Positions 8,986-20,817 are shown, counted from the stretch's first letter. The stretch: 64,000 bases of DNA from an uncultured Syntrophaceae bacterium (GCA_964585095.1 CAZPCN010000012.1:3430-67429); one strand, 5' to 3'. The notes: generated from the letters alone by a model not told the origin. Translations and numbers: made by a program.

Positions 8986-10077
8986 TTCCACCACGCAGTA
9001 GAAGCCCGTCCCGCGCATGGCCGGCCTGAAACACCGGTTGTCGGACAGGCAGGTCGCCCTTCTGCGGTCGCCGCGCTTCCAGCGGCTGACGAGGCCCGGC
9101 TCCCGAATAAAGGGACGGCTCAGGGAGACGAAATCCGCGACCCCGTCCCGGACAAGCCCCTCGGCGACGTCGAAGGACCGGATCCCGCCCACGAGAATCA
9201 GGGGAATGCTCAGGTTCGCCTTAACGGTCCGGGCGGCATCCCGGAAGTAGGCCTCCTGCTCGACGGAATCGATCTTCGCGCGCGAGGGGCTCAGCCTGCC
9301 CGACAGCAGGGTCCCGCCGGAAAGCTCGATGGCGTCGACGCCTGCCCCGGCGATCAGGAGCGCTGCCTGCAGCGAGTCCTCGCGCGTCAAGCCCCCCTCC
9401 ATGAAATCCTCGGAGTTGATCTTCACCAGGACGGGGTAATCCCCGCCGACGGCGCTTCGGATCGAAGCCAGGATCTCCAGGACGATCCGGGTCCTGTTCT
9501 CAATGCTCCCGCCGTATCGATCGGTCCTGCGGTTGAACCAGGGCGAGAGAAACTGGCTGAGGAGGTAGCCGTGGGCGGCATGGACCTGGACCCCGTCGAA
9601 GCCGGCCCTCTTCGCCCGCAGGGCCGCCTCGCCGTAAGCCCTCACCGTGTCTTCGATGTCGGCCTGCGACATCTCGCGGCGTCGCGTCTTCTCGGGGCCG
9701 CCTTCCTGCGACGGGGCGAAGGCCGGCAGCCCCGTCAGCTGCGTGGCCGCCAGGACGCCGCCGTGTGCCAGCTGCAACACGATCCGGCCGCCGTTGTCAT
9801 GGACGGTCTGCGCCATCCGGGCAAGCCCGGGGATGCAATCGTCACGGTCGACAGCCAACTGTCCCCTCAAGGAAAACCCCTCGGGCCTGACATAGGCGTG
9901 GCCCGAGATGATGAGCCCCACGCCGCCTGCGGCAAGCTCCCCCATGAGGCGGACGAGTTCTTCCGTGCATCCGCCGTCGGGCGCCGCAAGGCCTTCCCAG
10001 GTGGCGGAGCGGACAAACCGGTTGGGGAGTTCCAGGGAGCCGATCTTTGCCGGGTGAAACAGAATGGATTCACTCAT
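8920..10077 (-). CDS. NADH:flavin oxidoreductase (old yellow enzyme family)
   Basis: LPNRFVRSATWE, QLAHGG, GFDGVQVHAAHGYLLSQFLSP, NRRTDRYGGSIENR. Confidence 0.93.
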   Translation of the reverse strand: MSESILFHPAKIGSLELPNRFVRSATWEGLAAPDGGCTEELVRLMGELAAGGVGLIISGHAYVRPEGFSLRGQLAVDRDDCIPGLARMAQTVHDNGGRIVLQLAHGGVLAATQLTGLPAFAPSQEGGPEKTRRREMSQADIEDTVRAYGEAALRAKRAGFDGVQVHAAHGYLLSQFLSPWFNRRTDRYGGSIENRTRIVLEILASIRSAVGGDYPVLVKINSEDFMEGGLTREDSLQAALLIAGAGVDAIELSGGTLLSGRLSPSRAKIDSVEQEAYFRDAARTVKANLSIPLILVGGIRSFDVAEGLVRDGVADFVSLSRPFIREPGLVSRWKRGDRRRATCLSDNRCFRPAMRGTGFYCVVEKEGRAEEQKSGGAEKREARKI

Positions 10078-10247
10078 GCATCCGCCTCCTGTCCTTGTTG
10101 CGGGATCTGCTGTTGACAAGGCCGCCCTCAACCGATATGGGGGAAAAGGCGCCTGTTCGCGCTTTTCACCGCCATCATTCCTATCCCATCGGGGGACAAC
10201 CGTCAAGGAGGCCAGGAAACGGCCATCGCGTGCAAGGAGGGAGCGGC

Positions 10248-11024
10248 ATGCAATTTCAGAACATCGCGTACGAAAAAGCGGACACCGTGGGGATCGTCAC
10301 GCTCAACCGCCCGGCCAGACAGAACGCCCTGTCCATCGCCCTGCTCGAGGAGATGAACCGGTGCCTGGCGGGCATCGCGGAGAGCCGCGACGTCAAGGTG
10401 ATCGTCGTCAGGTCCGCGGGGAAGAACTTCTGTGCCGGCCACGATCTGGGCGACCTGGCGGGCAAGGAGATCGCCGTTCACAACAGGATGTTTTCTATCT
10501 GCGCGGAGATGATGCTGCGGCTCCAGCGGATGCCCCAGCCCGTGATCGCCCAGGTCCACGGAATCGCCACGGCGGCAGGCTGCCAGCTCGTGGCCGCCTG
10601 CGATCTCGCCGTTGCCGAGGAGGGCGCCCGGTTCGGCACCCCCGGCGTCAACCTCGGCGTGTTCTGCTCCTCGCCGGCCGTTTCCATCGTCCGGGCCGTG
10701 GGACGCAAACGGGCCCTGGAGATGCTCTTCACGGCCCGGCTCATCGGCGCCCGAGAGGCCTGCGAGTGGGGGCTTGTCAACCGGGTCGTCCCGACGGAGA
10801 GGCTCGAGGCGGAGACGATGGAGCTGGCGCGGCACATCGCGAAGGCGAGCCTTTCGTGCCTCGCCATCGGCAAGCAGGCCTTCTACGGCCAGGTCAACCT
10901 GCCCGACCCCGCGGCCTATGATCTGGCCTCGGGCGCGATCGTGAACAACTTCTTCACCGAGGACGGGAAGGAAGGGGTGGCGGCGTTTCTGGAGAAGCGA
11001 AAGCCCGTCTGGAAAGATCGATGA
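10248..11024 (+). CDS. Enoyl-CoA hydratase/isomerase family protein
   Basis: VTLNRP, FCAGHDL, VIAQVHGIATAAGCQL, FGTPGVNLG; ends FLEKRKPVW. Confidence 0.93.
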   Translation: MQFQNIAYEKADTVGIVTLNRPARQNALSIALLEEMNRCLAGIAESRDVKVIVVRSAGKNFCAGHDLGDLAGKEIAVHNRMFSICAEMMLRLQRMPQPVIAQVHGIATAAGCQLVAACDLAVAEEGARFGTPGVNLGVFCSSPAVSIVRAVGRKRALEMLFTARLIGAREACEWGLVNRVVPTERLEAETMELARHIAKASLSCLAIGKQAFYGQVNLPDPAAYDLASGAIVNNFFTEDGKEGVAAFLEKRKPVWKDR

Positions 11025-11119
11025 AGAACGGGTCTCGGGGATAGGGTATCGGGTATAGGGGTGGATGGTGAGAAAGGTCGGATTGGGCTTCCGGGAAGTG
11101 CAGCCAAGGTGATTGGGGA

Positions 11120-11479
11120 ATGTCGGGGACGGCGAGAATCAAGAATCGAAACGTCAAGGTCGACAGGGCCCGGAAGGCGCTGGGCATCTCCGGGCAGGCA
11201 ACGGCCGAGGAGGCAAGGAAGCAATACCGGGAACGGGCCAAGCAGTGGCACCCCGACATCAACCCCGGAGAAGAAGCCCATGCCCGGATGCAGGAGCTCA
11301 ACGAGTCGTATGCCTTCCTGATGAAGGAGGAGTTCGGCGTTCTCGACCCGTGGGACGAATACGACCGGTGGTGGTGGCGGCAATTCGGCAACGACCATAT
11401 CTGGGGAACCTCTTTCCCCGAAGGCGAGGAAGGAAGGGCACCCCAAAGGAGATCGAAAAACAGGCTGGAAGAAAAATAG
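11120..11479 (+). CDS. Small J-domain (DnaJ-like) protein
   Basis: ARKALGI...ARKQYRERAKQWHPD...MQELNESY with the HPD motif. Confidence 0.85.
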   Translation: MSGTARIKNRNVKVDRARKALGISGQATAEEARKQYRERAKQWHPDINPGEEAHARMQELNESYAFLMKEEFGVLDPWDEYDRWWWRQFGNDHIWGTSFPEGEEGRAPQRRSKNRLEEK

Positions 11480-11587
11480 TGAAACGCCGGCCCCTGTGAA
11501 GCCGGCGTTCCTTCGTTCAATCCTTTGCAATCCCCCGGATCGGACGACCCCGGGGGTTTTTGTTTCACAGTCCTTTGACCTGCGGTC

Positions 11588-12901
11588 TTACGCCGTTCGC
11601 TTCGTCGAGTCGATGTATTCGACGATCTTCTCGCCGAGCCTCTTCACGGTGTACTCGAAGCGGTCCTCGTCGGTCTCCAGCAACGTGAGGCGGAAGCCCA
11701 GAAGCGGCGTGAAGAAGGACGTGAGCGGAACGACGCAGATGCCCGTCGAGCCCAGCAGGTAGTAGACGAAGCGCTTGTCGAGCTCGATGTTGTCGGAGGT
11801 GAGCTTCTCGATGAACTGCCGGATCTCCGCGTTCTCGATGGGCAGGGTCTGCCTGTTGTTGAGCACGGCTTCGTTGAAGACGACGGTCATGTAGAAGGCG
11901 CCGTCGGTGCGGTTCACCACGATGTAGGGAACGTTCTTCAGGATATTGAAGGCCATGTTCGAAAGCTTCTCGTAGCGGCGGATACGGCTGTTCAGGTATT
12001 TTTCGTACTCCGGGTGCGTCATGACCTTCGGGATCGACATCTGGGGCAGCGTCGTCGAACAGACCTCGGACATCTTCTGCTGCAGGATGGCGTTCGTGTA
12101 GCGCTGGAACGTCTCGTCCTTGTCGGCGTTGTAAAACTCGAGCCACCCGCAACGCGCCCCGGGCCAGGGGAATTCCTTCGAGATGCCCTTCATGCTCATG
12201 GCGGGGACGTCCTCGACGATGTCGGAGAGCGGGCAGGCGACCTTCCCGTTGTAGACCATGTTGATGTAAGTCTCGTCGAAGACGAGGAACAGGTCGTTCT
12301 CCTTGGCGATGCGGACAATCCGCTTGAGCGTCTCCTCGTGGTAGACGAAGCCCGTGGGGTTGTCGGGGTTGATGACGAGGATCCCCACGATGGCCTTGTG
12401 GTTCTTCACCTTCATCTCCAGCTCGTTCATGTCCGGGTGCCACTTGTGGTAAGGGTTCATCCGGTACGTGTTGGGCGGGAACGAGGCGTGGAGCACCTCG
12501 GCCAGGAAATGGGTCGAGTAGGTCGGCTCCGGGAGGATGACCCGGGCGTCCACACGAATCGCGCTGTAGCACCGTGCAATGGCATCGCCAAGCCCGTTGA
12601 AGAACAGGATGTCGTCGGGGGTGATCTGCGTCTTGCCGCGCTTGTTCACCAGGTCGGCCAGGAATTCGCGCGTCGCATCCATCCCCTGCGTGGGGGAGTA
12701 ACCGAACGACTTGTTGTCCCGGATGATCTCGACGAGGACTTCCTTCATCCACTCCGGGATCTGCTCGCCCTTCTGGACGGGGTCCCCGATATTCTCCCAG
12801 GTCACCTCCATGCCGCAGGCCTTGAGACGGTTCGCCACGCCGACGATGTTGCGGATTTCGTAGGTCAGCCCGTTGCCTCTCTTGGCGATGTCGAATCTCA
12901 T
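11588..12901 (-). CDS. PLP-dependent class I/II aminotransferase (AlaA-like)
   Basis: LTYEIRNIV, ENIGDP, GYSPTQG, INPDNPTG, DETY, KGISKEFPWPGARCGW. Confidence 0.9.
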   Translation of the reverse strand: MRFDIAKRGNGLTYEIRNIVGVANRLKACGMEVTWENIGDPVQKGEQIPEWMKEVLVEIIRDNKSFGYSPTQGMDATREFLADLVNKRGKTQITPDDILFFNGLGDAIARCYSAIRVDARVILPEPTYSTHFLAEVLHASFPPNTYRMNPYHKWHPDMNELEMKVKNHKAIVGILVINPDNPTGFVYHEETLKRIVRIAKENDLFLVFDETYINMVYNGKVACPLSDIVEDVPAMSMKGISKEFPWPGARCGWLEFYNADKDETFQRYTNAILQQKMSEVCSTTLPQMSIPKVMTHPEYEKYLNSRIRRYEKLSNMAFNILKNVPYIVVNRTDGAFYMTVVFNEAVLNNRQTLPIENAEIRQFIEKLTSDNIELDKRFVYYLLGSTGICVVPLTSFFTPLLGFRLTLLETDEDRFEYTVKRLGEKIVEYIDSTKRTA

Positions 12902-13224
12902 GATGATCCTCTCCCGGCGCGATCAGGCGCCCCTCGAAGAAACGGCCCGTGACAAATCCGTTCCGCCGGGTCGTCCGCGAAGCGGGTCATAAAAACGGCC
13001 GCATCTTCGAGGAAAATGTAGAATATTCAGCTCGTTTATTACAATTGAGGGAAAATTTCTACTGAATTTTTTGCCCCCTCCCCGGGCGGGCGGAAAAGGG
13101 GCCCCGCCCGGACGCGCTGCGCTGACGGGTTTGAGGGGTGCGGGACACATCCGTGTTGAAATCTCGCGGTGATTGGTGTAGTCTCAGCGTGCGGTTTCGC
13201 AAACAGGCACGGACCATTCTCACC

Positions 13225-13460
13225 GGATGACTGACCGGGATGCCCGGCAGCCGGCCGAATCAGTGCAAAACCTCTGGCAAGCGGCAGCGATGGCTACGGA
13301 GCGCGTTCTGGCAAGCCCGAAGTTCTACCTGTCCCTTCATGCGGCACCCGCCGGCTTGAGCGCAGGCGTTGGTACCGGGGGGCGGCCCCTCGCAGGCCCG
13401 CCCCGAACCCAGTCCCCTCCCTTCTCCCCTCCCGCGCCGCGCAGGCAAACTCACAGGAGC
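13225..13460 (+). promoter_or_regulatory. Degenerate glycine-riboswitch-like leader of gcvT
   Basis: Glycine-aptamer-like words in order: GGATGA, GGCCGAA, GCAA, AACCTCT-GG-CAAG, then GGAGCG...CCGAAG and AAACTCACAGG. Several core positions deviate. Confidence 0.35.
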
Positions 13461-13465
13461 TTCCC

Positions 13466-14560
13466 ATGAAAAAGACCCCGCTGTACGAGCGGCACCTCGC
13501 CCTGGCTGCGACCATGACGGAGTTCGGCGGATGGGCCATGCCCGTCCAGTACACGAGCGTCATCGACGAACACCGGAACACGAGGACCCTAGCGGGCCTG
13601 TTCGACGTCTGCCACATGGGCGAGATCGAGGTCCGGGGGCCCCAGGCGCTCGAGCTGCTCCAGTGGGTGATGAGCCGCAACCTCGCCAAACAGCAGATCG
13701 GGGAGATGAAGCTCTCCGCCATCACCAACGAAAAGGGCGGCATCATCGACGATGTGACCGTCTACAAGCGGGGCGACGAACGGTACATGGTCGTAACCAA
13801 CGCGGCGACTCGGGAGGGCGACCTGGCTTGGATCCTGAAGGCGAAGGCGGACCTCGGGCTCGACAGGGCTTCTGTGACCGATCTCTCCGACACGATCGGC
13901 AAGGTGGACATCCAGGGGCCGCTGGCCCAGAAGATTCTCGAGGAGATCGTCGAGGGCGACCTGGCGGCATTGCGCTTCTATCACGCCATGGACACCCGCG
14001 TGGCCGGGATGCCCGCCTTGGTCTCGCGCAGCGGCTACACCGGGGAGGACGGCTTCGAGGTGTACACCGAGGCAGGGCGGATCGGCGAGATCTGGGATTT
14101 GCTGATGAGCCTCGGGGATGCGCACGGCCTGAAACCGGCGGGGCTGGGAGCCCGCGACACGCTGCGCCTCGAGGCGGGGATGATGCTCTTCGGGCACGAG
14201 ATGTGCCAGACCGTGACCCCCTACGAGGTGATTTACGGATGGATCACCGATCTGGACAAAGCATTCATCGGCCGGGACGCGCTCAAGAAGCAGAAGGAGG
14301 ACGGGGTTCGCAAGAAGCTCGTCGGCTTCGAGATCGTCGATCGGGGCATCGCCAGACACGGCTACCCGGTCCTGGCAGACGGGGAAAAAGTCGGGGAAGT
14401 CACCTCGGGGACCTTCTCGCCCACGCTGGGCAAGGCGATCGGGCTGGCCTTCGTGCCCGTGCAGCACAAGGAACCGGGAACGGTGCTGGAGATCGAGATC
14501 CGAACCCAGCGCGCGAAAGCGAAGGTGGTGCCCCTGCCCTTTTACAGGAGGAAGAAGTAG
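13466..14560 (+). CDS. gcvT: Glycine cleavage system aminomethyltransferase T
   Basis: MKKTPLYERH, FGGWAMPVQY, GLFDVCHMGE, SRSGYTGEDGFE, GLGARDTLRLEAG. Confidence 0.97.
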   Translation: MKKTPLYERHLALAATMTEFGGWAMPVQYTSVIDEHRNTRTLAGLFDVCHMGEIEVRGPQALELLQWVMSRNLAKQQIGEMKLSAITNEKGGIIDDVTVYKRGDERYMVVTNAATREGDLAWILKAKADLGLDRASVTDLSDTIGKVDIQGPLAQKILEEIVEGDLAALRFYHAMDTRVAGMPALVSRSGYTGEDGFEVYTEAGRIGEIWDLLMSLGDAHGLKPAGLGARDTLRLEAGMMLFGHEMCQTVTPYEVIYGWITDLDKAFIGRDALKKQKEDGVRKKLVGFEIVDRGIARHGYPVLADGEKVGEVTSGTFSPTLGKAIGLAFVPVQHKEPGTVLEIEIRTQRAKAKVVPLPFYRRKK

Positions 14561-14629
14561 GAACCGGAAACGAACGACGCGGCCCCCGCTGCCTGAGTGC
14601 GGGAGTTTTGATATCGAAAGGAGCGACAC

Positions 14630-15025
14630 ATGGCCAAACCCAGTCCCGATGACCGAAAGTACACGAAAGAGCATGAGTGGGCAAAGGCAGACGGCGGCAC
14701 CGTCACCATGGGCATCACCGACCACGCCCAGGAGCTCCTCACCGACGTGGTCTACGTGGAGCTTCCCGCGGTGGGCCGGAAGGTCAAGCAGGCGCAGCCG
14801 ATCGCCGTCGTGGAGTCGGTGAAGTCCGTGTCGGACATCTTCGCCCCCGTCAGCGGGGAAGTCGTCGAGGTCAACCAGGCCCTCGAGGCGACGCCCGAGC
14901 TTGTCAACAAGGACGCTTTCGGGGAGGGCTGGGTCGCCAGGATCAGGATGGAAGCCCCCGCCGAGCTCGACGGGCTCATGACGGCGGAACAGTACGAGGA
15001 GCACATCAAGGCCAATCCGCACTGA
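14630..15025 (+). CDS. gcvH: Glycine cleavage system H protein
   Basis: YTKEHEW, GITDHAQELLTDVVYVELP, VESVKSVSD (lipoyl Lys). Confidence 0.97.
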   Translation: MAKPSPDDRKYTKEHEWAKADGGTVTMGITDHAQELLTDVVYVELPAVGRKVKQAQPIAVVESVKSVSDIFAPVSGEVVEVNQALEATPELVNKDAFGEGWVARIRMEAPAELDGLMTAEQYEEHIKANPH

Positions 15026-15087
15026 AAAGACCCGTGAAAGAAGAGCTTGAGTGAAGAAAAATAATAAATCCAGGACAGGGCAGCCAT

Positions 15088-16413
<1,326 letters not shown>

Positions 16414-16468
16414 TCGACGGAAGCGGAACGTCGCACCCCGTAACGTTACAAGCACATTCGAGGTGGCC

Positions 16469-17911
16469 ATGGAACTGATTTTCGAGAAAAGCCGGCCCGG
16501 CCGCACGGCGGGCAGCATCCCGGGAAGCGACGTCCCCGAGACGGCCCTGGAGACCTTGATCCCCGCCGGCCTCCTGCGCGACGGGCTGAATCTGCCGGAG
16601 CTGGCCGAGGTGGACATCGTCCGGCACTACACGCGGCTGGCCCGCCGCAATTTCGGCGTCGACGTGGGATTCTACCCCCTGGGCTCCTGCACGATGAAGT
16701 ACAACCCCAAGGTCAACGAGAACGTGGCCCGCCTGGAAGGTTTCACGGCGCTGCACCCTTACGCGCCGGAGGCCTTCGCCCAGGGCAACCTCCAGCTCCT
16801 GTACGAGCTGGCCGGGTCCCTCTCCGAGATCTGCGGGATGGACGATTTCACCCTCCAGCCCGCAGCGGGCGCGCACGGGGAGCTCACGGGCGTCATGATC
16901 ATCAAAAAGCACTTCGAAAGAAAGGGCCGGAAGCGATCCACGATCCTGATCCCCGACACGGCCCACGGAACAAATCCTGCATCCGTTGCCCTCTGCGGGT
17001 TCCAGGTCGCCACGGTCCGCTCCAATGCCGAGGGGGGCGTCGACATCGCGCATCTACGGGAGCTGATGACGAAGGATGTGGCGGGACTCATGCTCACGAA
17101 CCCCAATACCCTGGGGTTCTTCGAGCGGAACATCGAGGAGGTGGCGGACATCGTTCACCGCAAGGGCGGGCTACTCTACTGCGACGGGGCCAACGCCAAT
17201 GCGCTCGTGGGCGTCACGAGGCCGGGAGACCTGGGTTTCGATATCATCCAGCTCAACCTCCACAAGACCTTCTCGACCCCGCACGGCTGCGGCGGGCCGG
17301 GCAGCGGACCCGTGGGCGTGAAGAGGCACCTCGTGCCCTTCCTGCCCGTGCCGCGGGTCGTGAAAAAAGGGAAGCGGTACCGCTGGTCCGAGGAGTTCCC
17401 TCACTCGATCGGGCGGGTCCGGGCGTTCTACGGCAACTTCAACGTCATGGTGAAGGCCTACACGTACATCCGCGCACTTGGAGCCGCAGGGATCCGGAGG
17501 GTCAGCGAGAACGCCGTGCTCAACGCGAACTACGTCATGGCGCGGCTGAAGCCCTACTACAGGCTGGCCTATGACCGGGTCTGCATGCACGAATGCGTCT
17601 TCACGGGGGAGAAGCAGGTCCAGGAGAGCGGCGTGCACACGACGGACATCGCCAAGCGGCTGCTCGACTACGGGTTTCACCCCCCGACGATCTATTTCCC
17701 CCTGATCGTCCGCGAGGCCATCATGATCGAGCCCACGGAAACGGAAAGCAAGGAAACGCTGGACGAGTTTTGCGAGGCCATGATATCCATTGCCCGGGAG
17801 GCGAGGGAAAACCCCGAACTCGTGAAGTCGGCGCCCCTGACGACACCGGTCAAGCGCCTCGACGACGTGCTGGCGGCAAGGAAGCCCGACGTCTGCTGGA
17901 CCCTCTGCTAG
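16469..17911 (+). CDS. gcvPB: Glycine dehydrogenase P protein subunit 2
   Basis: [47 protein letters not shown]. Confidence 0.97.
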   Translation: MELIFEKSRPGRTAGSIPGSDVPETALETLIPAGLLRDGLNLPELAEVDIVRHYTRLARRNFGVDVGFYPLGSCTMKYNPKVNENVARLEGFTALHPYAPEAFAQGNLQLLYELAGSLSEICGMDDFTLQPAAGAHGELTGVMIIKKHFERKGRKRSTILIPDTAHGTNPASVALCGFQVATVRSNAEGGVDIAHLRELMTKDVAGLMLTNPNTLGFFERNIEEVADIVHRKGGLLYCDGANANALVGVTRPGDLGFDIIQLNLHKTFSTPHGCGGPGSGPVGVKRHLVPFLPVPRVVKKGKRYRWSEEFPHSIGRVRAFYGNFNVMVKAYTYIRALGAAGIRRVSENAVLNANYVMARLKPYYRLAYDRVCMHECVFTGEKQVQESGVHTTDIAKRLLDYGFHPPTIYFPLIVREAIMIEPTETESKETLDEFCEAMISIAREARENPELVKSAPLTTPVKRLDDVLAARKPDVCWTLC

Positions 17912-17938
17912 AGGCCGCAGCGCGGATCCATAAACAAA

Positions 17939-17947
17939 TTATCCACA
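17939..17947 (+). promoter_or_regulatory. Perfect DnaA box in the gcvPB-kamA-like intergenic gap
   Basis: TTATCCACA, 17 nt before the ATG at 17965. Confidence 0.45.
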
Positions 17948-17964
17948 ACCTTGTGAGACAGGAC

Positions 17965-19779
17965 ATGAAGAGCTGGCTGAACTGGACAAAAGAACAACTC
18001 GCGGAAGAACTCTGGGCGACAGAGCCTCGAATTCGTCAAATAATGAGAAATTCCAGGCATATGGAAGAGGCGCGGCATCTTCTTTTCGATTATCTCAATC
18101 GCCTCGAGCGCGACCTGTTCAACATGCGCTCCGACACCTACTTCGTCAATCTCAATATTGTGGAGAAACGAAACGCCAAGGAGTGCATCCGGGTGCTCTC
18201 CAACACGATGCGCACCGAGAACGAGCAAGTGACCCATTTCTCCCCCCTCCAGGTTCTCTACGACCTGGCCCAGGGGAAGAAGGAGGCGCTCGACCAGGTC
18301 TCGGAGGCCTTCCTCTGCGAGTACCTCGCCCTGTTCCTGGGCATCACGGGCAAGGGCGGCAAGCACCTCAAGCGCAAGGAAGTCTTCCAGATGAAGGACG
18401 GCCGTGAGGCCGCCATCGCCCGCTCGACACAGCTCGACGACTATGCCTGCAACATCCGCAGGCATTTCCGCCGGTACAAGACAGGCTACGACAAGGCCCT
18501 GCTGCGCGAGCGGAAGGCCCTCAAGGGCGACATCCTCCGGTTCTTCGGGGCCACGGAAAAGGACTGGCAGGACCACCGCTGGCACCTGCGCCACATCATC
18601 AAGGACCTGGACACGATCCGGGCCCTCGTGAAGCTCGAGAAGGACGAGGTCAGCGGCCTCACGAGCGCCGGGAAGAACAACATCCCCGTCGAGATCACCC
18701 CGTATTACCTGTCGCTCTTCCGCAAGGAGGGACGCTCCGACTACGACCGGGCCATCCGCGCCCAGGTCGTCCCGAGCACCCTTTACTGCGAGCAGGTCGC
18801 CGAAAGCCGCCGTAAGGGGATCGACCTGGACTTCATGGGGGAGAAATCCACGAGCCCCATCGACGGCGTCACCCGCCGCTACCCGGAGATCCTGATCCTC
18901 AAGCCCTACAACTCCTGCCCCCAGATCTGCGTCTACTGCCAGCGCAACTGGGAGATCAAGGGCATGGACGACACGGTCATGATGGCCAAAAAGAAGGTGA
19001 AAGAAGCCCTGGGCTGGATCGAGGAAAACGAGAGCATCACCGAGGTGCTCATCACGGGAGGCGACCCGCTGACCCTCGGCAACGACTATCTCGACTGGAT
19101 CATCGGCGAAGTGGCAGCCATCAAGCACGTCGAGCGAATCCGCATCGGGACGAGAATCCCCGTCACCCTTCCCTTCCGTGTCGAAGAGGGCCTTCTGGAA
19201 GTCTTCCGGAAGTACCACGCGTGGGGAAAGCGGGAGCTGGCCATCGTCACCCACTTCGAGCACCCCACGGAGATGACCCCCGATTCCCTGGAGTGCATCC
19301 GCAAGATCAAGAACTTGGGGATGAACGTGTACAACCAGCAGGTCTTCACCTACTACAACAGCCGGCGGTTCGAAACGGCCCTGCTGCGAAAGACGCTCAA
19401 GCTCTCCGGTGTGGACCCCTACTACTCCTTCAGCACGAAGGGCAAGGAGGAAACGATCGATTTCCGGGTCCCCATCTGCCGCATGGAGCAGGAGCAGCTG
19501 GAGGAAGCGCGCTTGCTGCCGGGCCTGGTGCGGACGGACGAGCCCGTTTTCAACGTCCCGAGGCTGGGGAAGGTCAACCTGCGCGCCTGGCAGGACCACG
19601 AGATCGTCAACATCCTGCCCGACGGGCGCCGGATATACCGGTTCTACTCGTGGGAGGTCCGGCTCGTCACGGCGCTGGATTACCTGCACACGGATGTCTC
19701 CATCTACGACTACCTCAAACGGCTGGCCGAGGACGGGGAGAACATCAGCGACTACTCCTCAATCTGGTACTATTTCTAA
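17965..19779 (+). CDS. KamA-family radical SAM/PLP aminomutase homolog with long N-terminal extension
   Basis: DWQDHRWHLRH, ITPYYLSL, VTRRYP, CPQICVYCQR (CxxxCxxC), EVLITGGDPL, RIRIGTRIPV, THFEHP, VFNVPRLGK. Confidence 0.88.
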   Translation: MKSWLNWTKEQLAEELWATEPRIRQIMRNSRHMEEARHLLFDYLNRLERDLFNMRSDTYFVNLNIVEKRNAKECIRVLSNTMRTENEQVTHFSPLQVLYDLAQGKKEALDQVSEAFLCEYLALFLGITGKGGKHLKRKEVFQMKDGREAAIARSTQLDDYACNIRRHFRRYKTGYDKALLRERKALKGDILRFFGATEKDWQDHRWHLRHIIKDLDTIRALVKLEKDEVSGLTSAGKNNIPVEITPYYLSLFRKEGRSDYDRAIRAQVVPSTLYCEQVAESRRKGIDLDFMGEKSTSPIDGVTRRYPEILILKPYNSCPQICVYCQRNWEIKGMDDTVMMAKKKVKEALGWIEENESITEVLITGGDPLTLGNDYLDWIIGEVAAIKHVERIRIGTRIPVTLPFRVEEGLLEVFRKYHAWGKRELAIVTHFEHPTEMTPDSLECIRKIKNLGMNVYNQQVFTYYNSRRFETALLRKTLKLSGVDPYYSFSTKGKEETIDFRVPICRMEQEQLEEARLLPGLVRTDEPVFNVPRLGKVNLRAWQDHEIVNILPDGRRIYRFYSWEVRLVTALDYLHTDVSIYDYLKRLAEDGENISDYSSIWYYF

Positions 19780-19820
19780 GACGCGACTGACCGGGGGCGC
19801 TGGCGCAATCATGCGGATGT

Positions 19821-19905
19821 TGAGGAGGTGATCGGGTAAGAACGCCGGACAAGGGTTCGACCTGTTGTCTGCCCGCTGCTTCTCCAACCTTCTTACCTTC
19901 TTACC
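19821..19905. repeat. Octamer inverted-repeat element
   Basis: GGGTAAGAAC...TTCTCCAACC-TTCTTACC-TTCTTACC; same family as 30412 and 47421. Confidence 0.6.
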
Positions 19906-19955
19906 GTCTGCCAGCAATCCGTTCAGGCCCGCGAGCAACAAGAGACGTAATCCCC

Positions 19956-20801
19956 ATGCTTCAGAGAAAGCCCGACTGGCTCAAGGTCCCTCTGCCAAAT
20001 TCGCGCGAGTTCATCGAGGTGCAGGGGCTTCTGGCCCGCCTGGATCTCCACTCCGTCTGCCAGGAAGCCCGGTGTCCCAACATGGGGGAGTGCTTCCGCT
20101 CCGGCACGGCCACCTTCCTGATCCTCGGCAGCCTCTGCACCCGAAACTGCCGTTACTGCAATGTCCGGCACGGGCAGCCCGCGGCGGTAGATGAGTCCGA
20201 GCCCGAGCGCCTGGCCGAGGCCGTGAAGGCTCTCGGGCTGCACTACGTCGTCATCACTTCCGTCACGAGGGACGATCTTCCCGACGGCGGGGCGCGGATA
20301 TTTGCCCGGTGCATCGATGTGCTTCGCCGGGAGGTTCCGGGCTGCCGGGTGGAGGTTCTGATCCCTGACCTGCAGGGGAACCGCTCCGCCCTCGAAACGA
20401 TCCTCGAGTCGCAGCCCCATGTTTTGAATCACAACATGGAGGTGACCCGCAAGCTTTTCGCAGATCTGCGACCCCAGGGCGACTACTCCCGCTCACTCGA
20501 GCTTCTGCGCCGCACCGCGGAGAGCAGGCGCCCCGTGATCACAAAGTCGGGCTTCATGATCGGCCTCGGGGAAACCCGGGCCGGCATTCTATCCCTGCTC
20601 GACGATCTGGCAACCGCGTCCTGCGCAAGCCTCACGATCGGCCAGTACCTGCAGCCCTCGGTTGCCCACTGGCCCGTCATGAAATTCTACACCCCCGAGG
20701 AGTTCGAAGAATTCAGGCGGGAGGCCCTGCAGCGCGGGTTCCGGACCGTCGTGGCCGGACCGCTCGTCCGCAGCTCCTATCGCGCGGCGGAACATGCCTA
20801 G
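19956..20801 (+). CDS. lipA: Lipoyl synthase
   Basis: RKPDWLKV, CQEARCPNMGEC (CX4CX5C), CTRNCRYC, C-terminal RSSY. Confidence 0.96.
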   Translation: MLQRKPDWLKVPLPNSREFIEVQGLLARLDLHSVCQEARCPNMGECFRSGTATFLILGSLCTRNCRYCNVRHGQPAAVDESEPERLAEAVKALGLHYVVITSVTRDDLPDGGARIFARCIDVLRREVPGCRVEVLIPDLQGNRSALETILESQPHVLNHNMEVTRKLFADLRPQGDYSRSLELLRRTAESRRPVITKSGFMIGLGETRAGILSLLDDLATASCASLTIGQYLQPSVAHWPVMKFYTPEEFEEFRREALQRGFRTVVAGPLVRSSYRAAEHA

Positions 20802-20817
20802 AAGACGGCCTATTCGG

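Noticed and set aside
17593-17964. 728-aa version of the KamA-like ORF
   Set aside because: It overlaps gcvPB out of frame; ATG 17965 after ACAGGAC is the plausible start.
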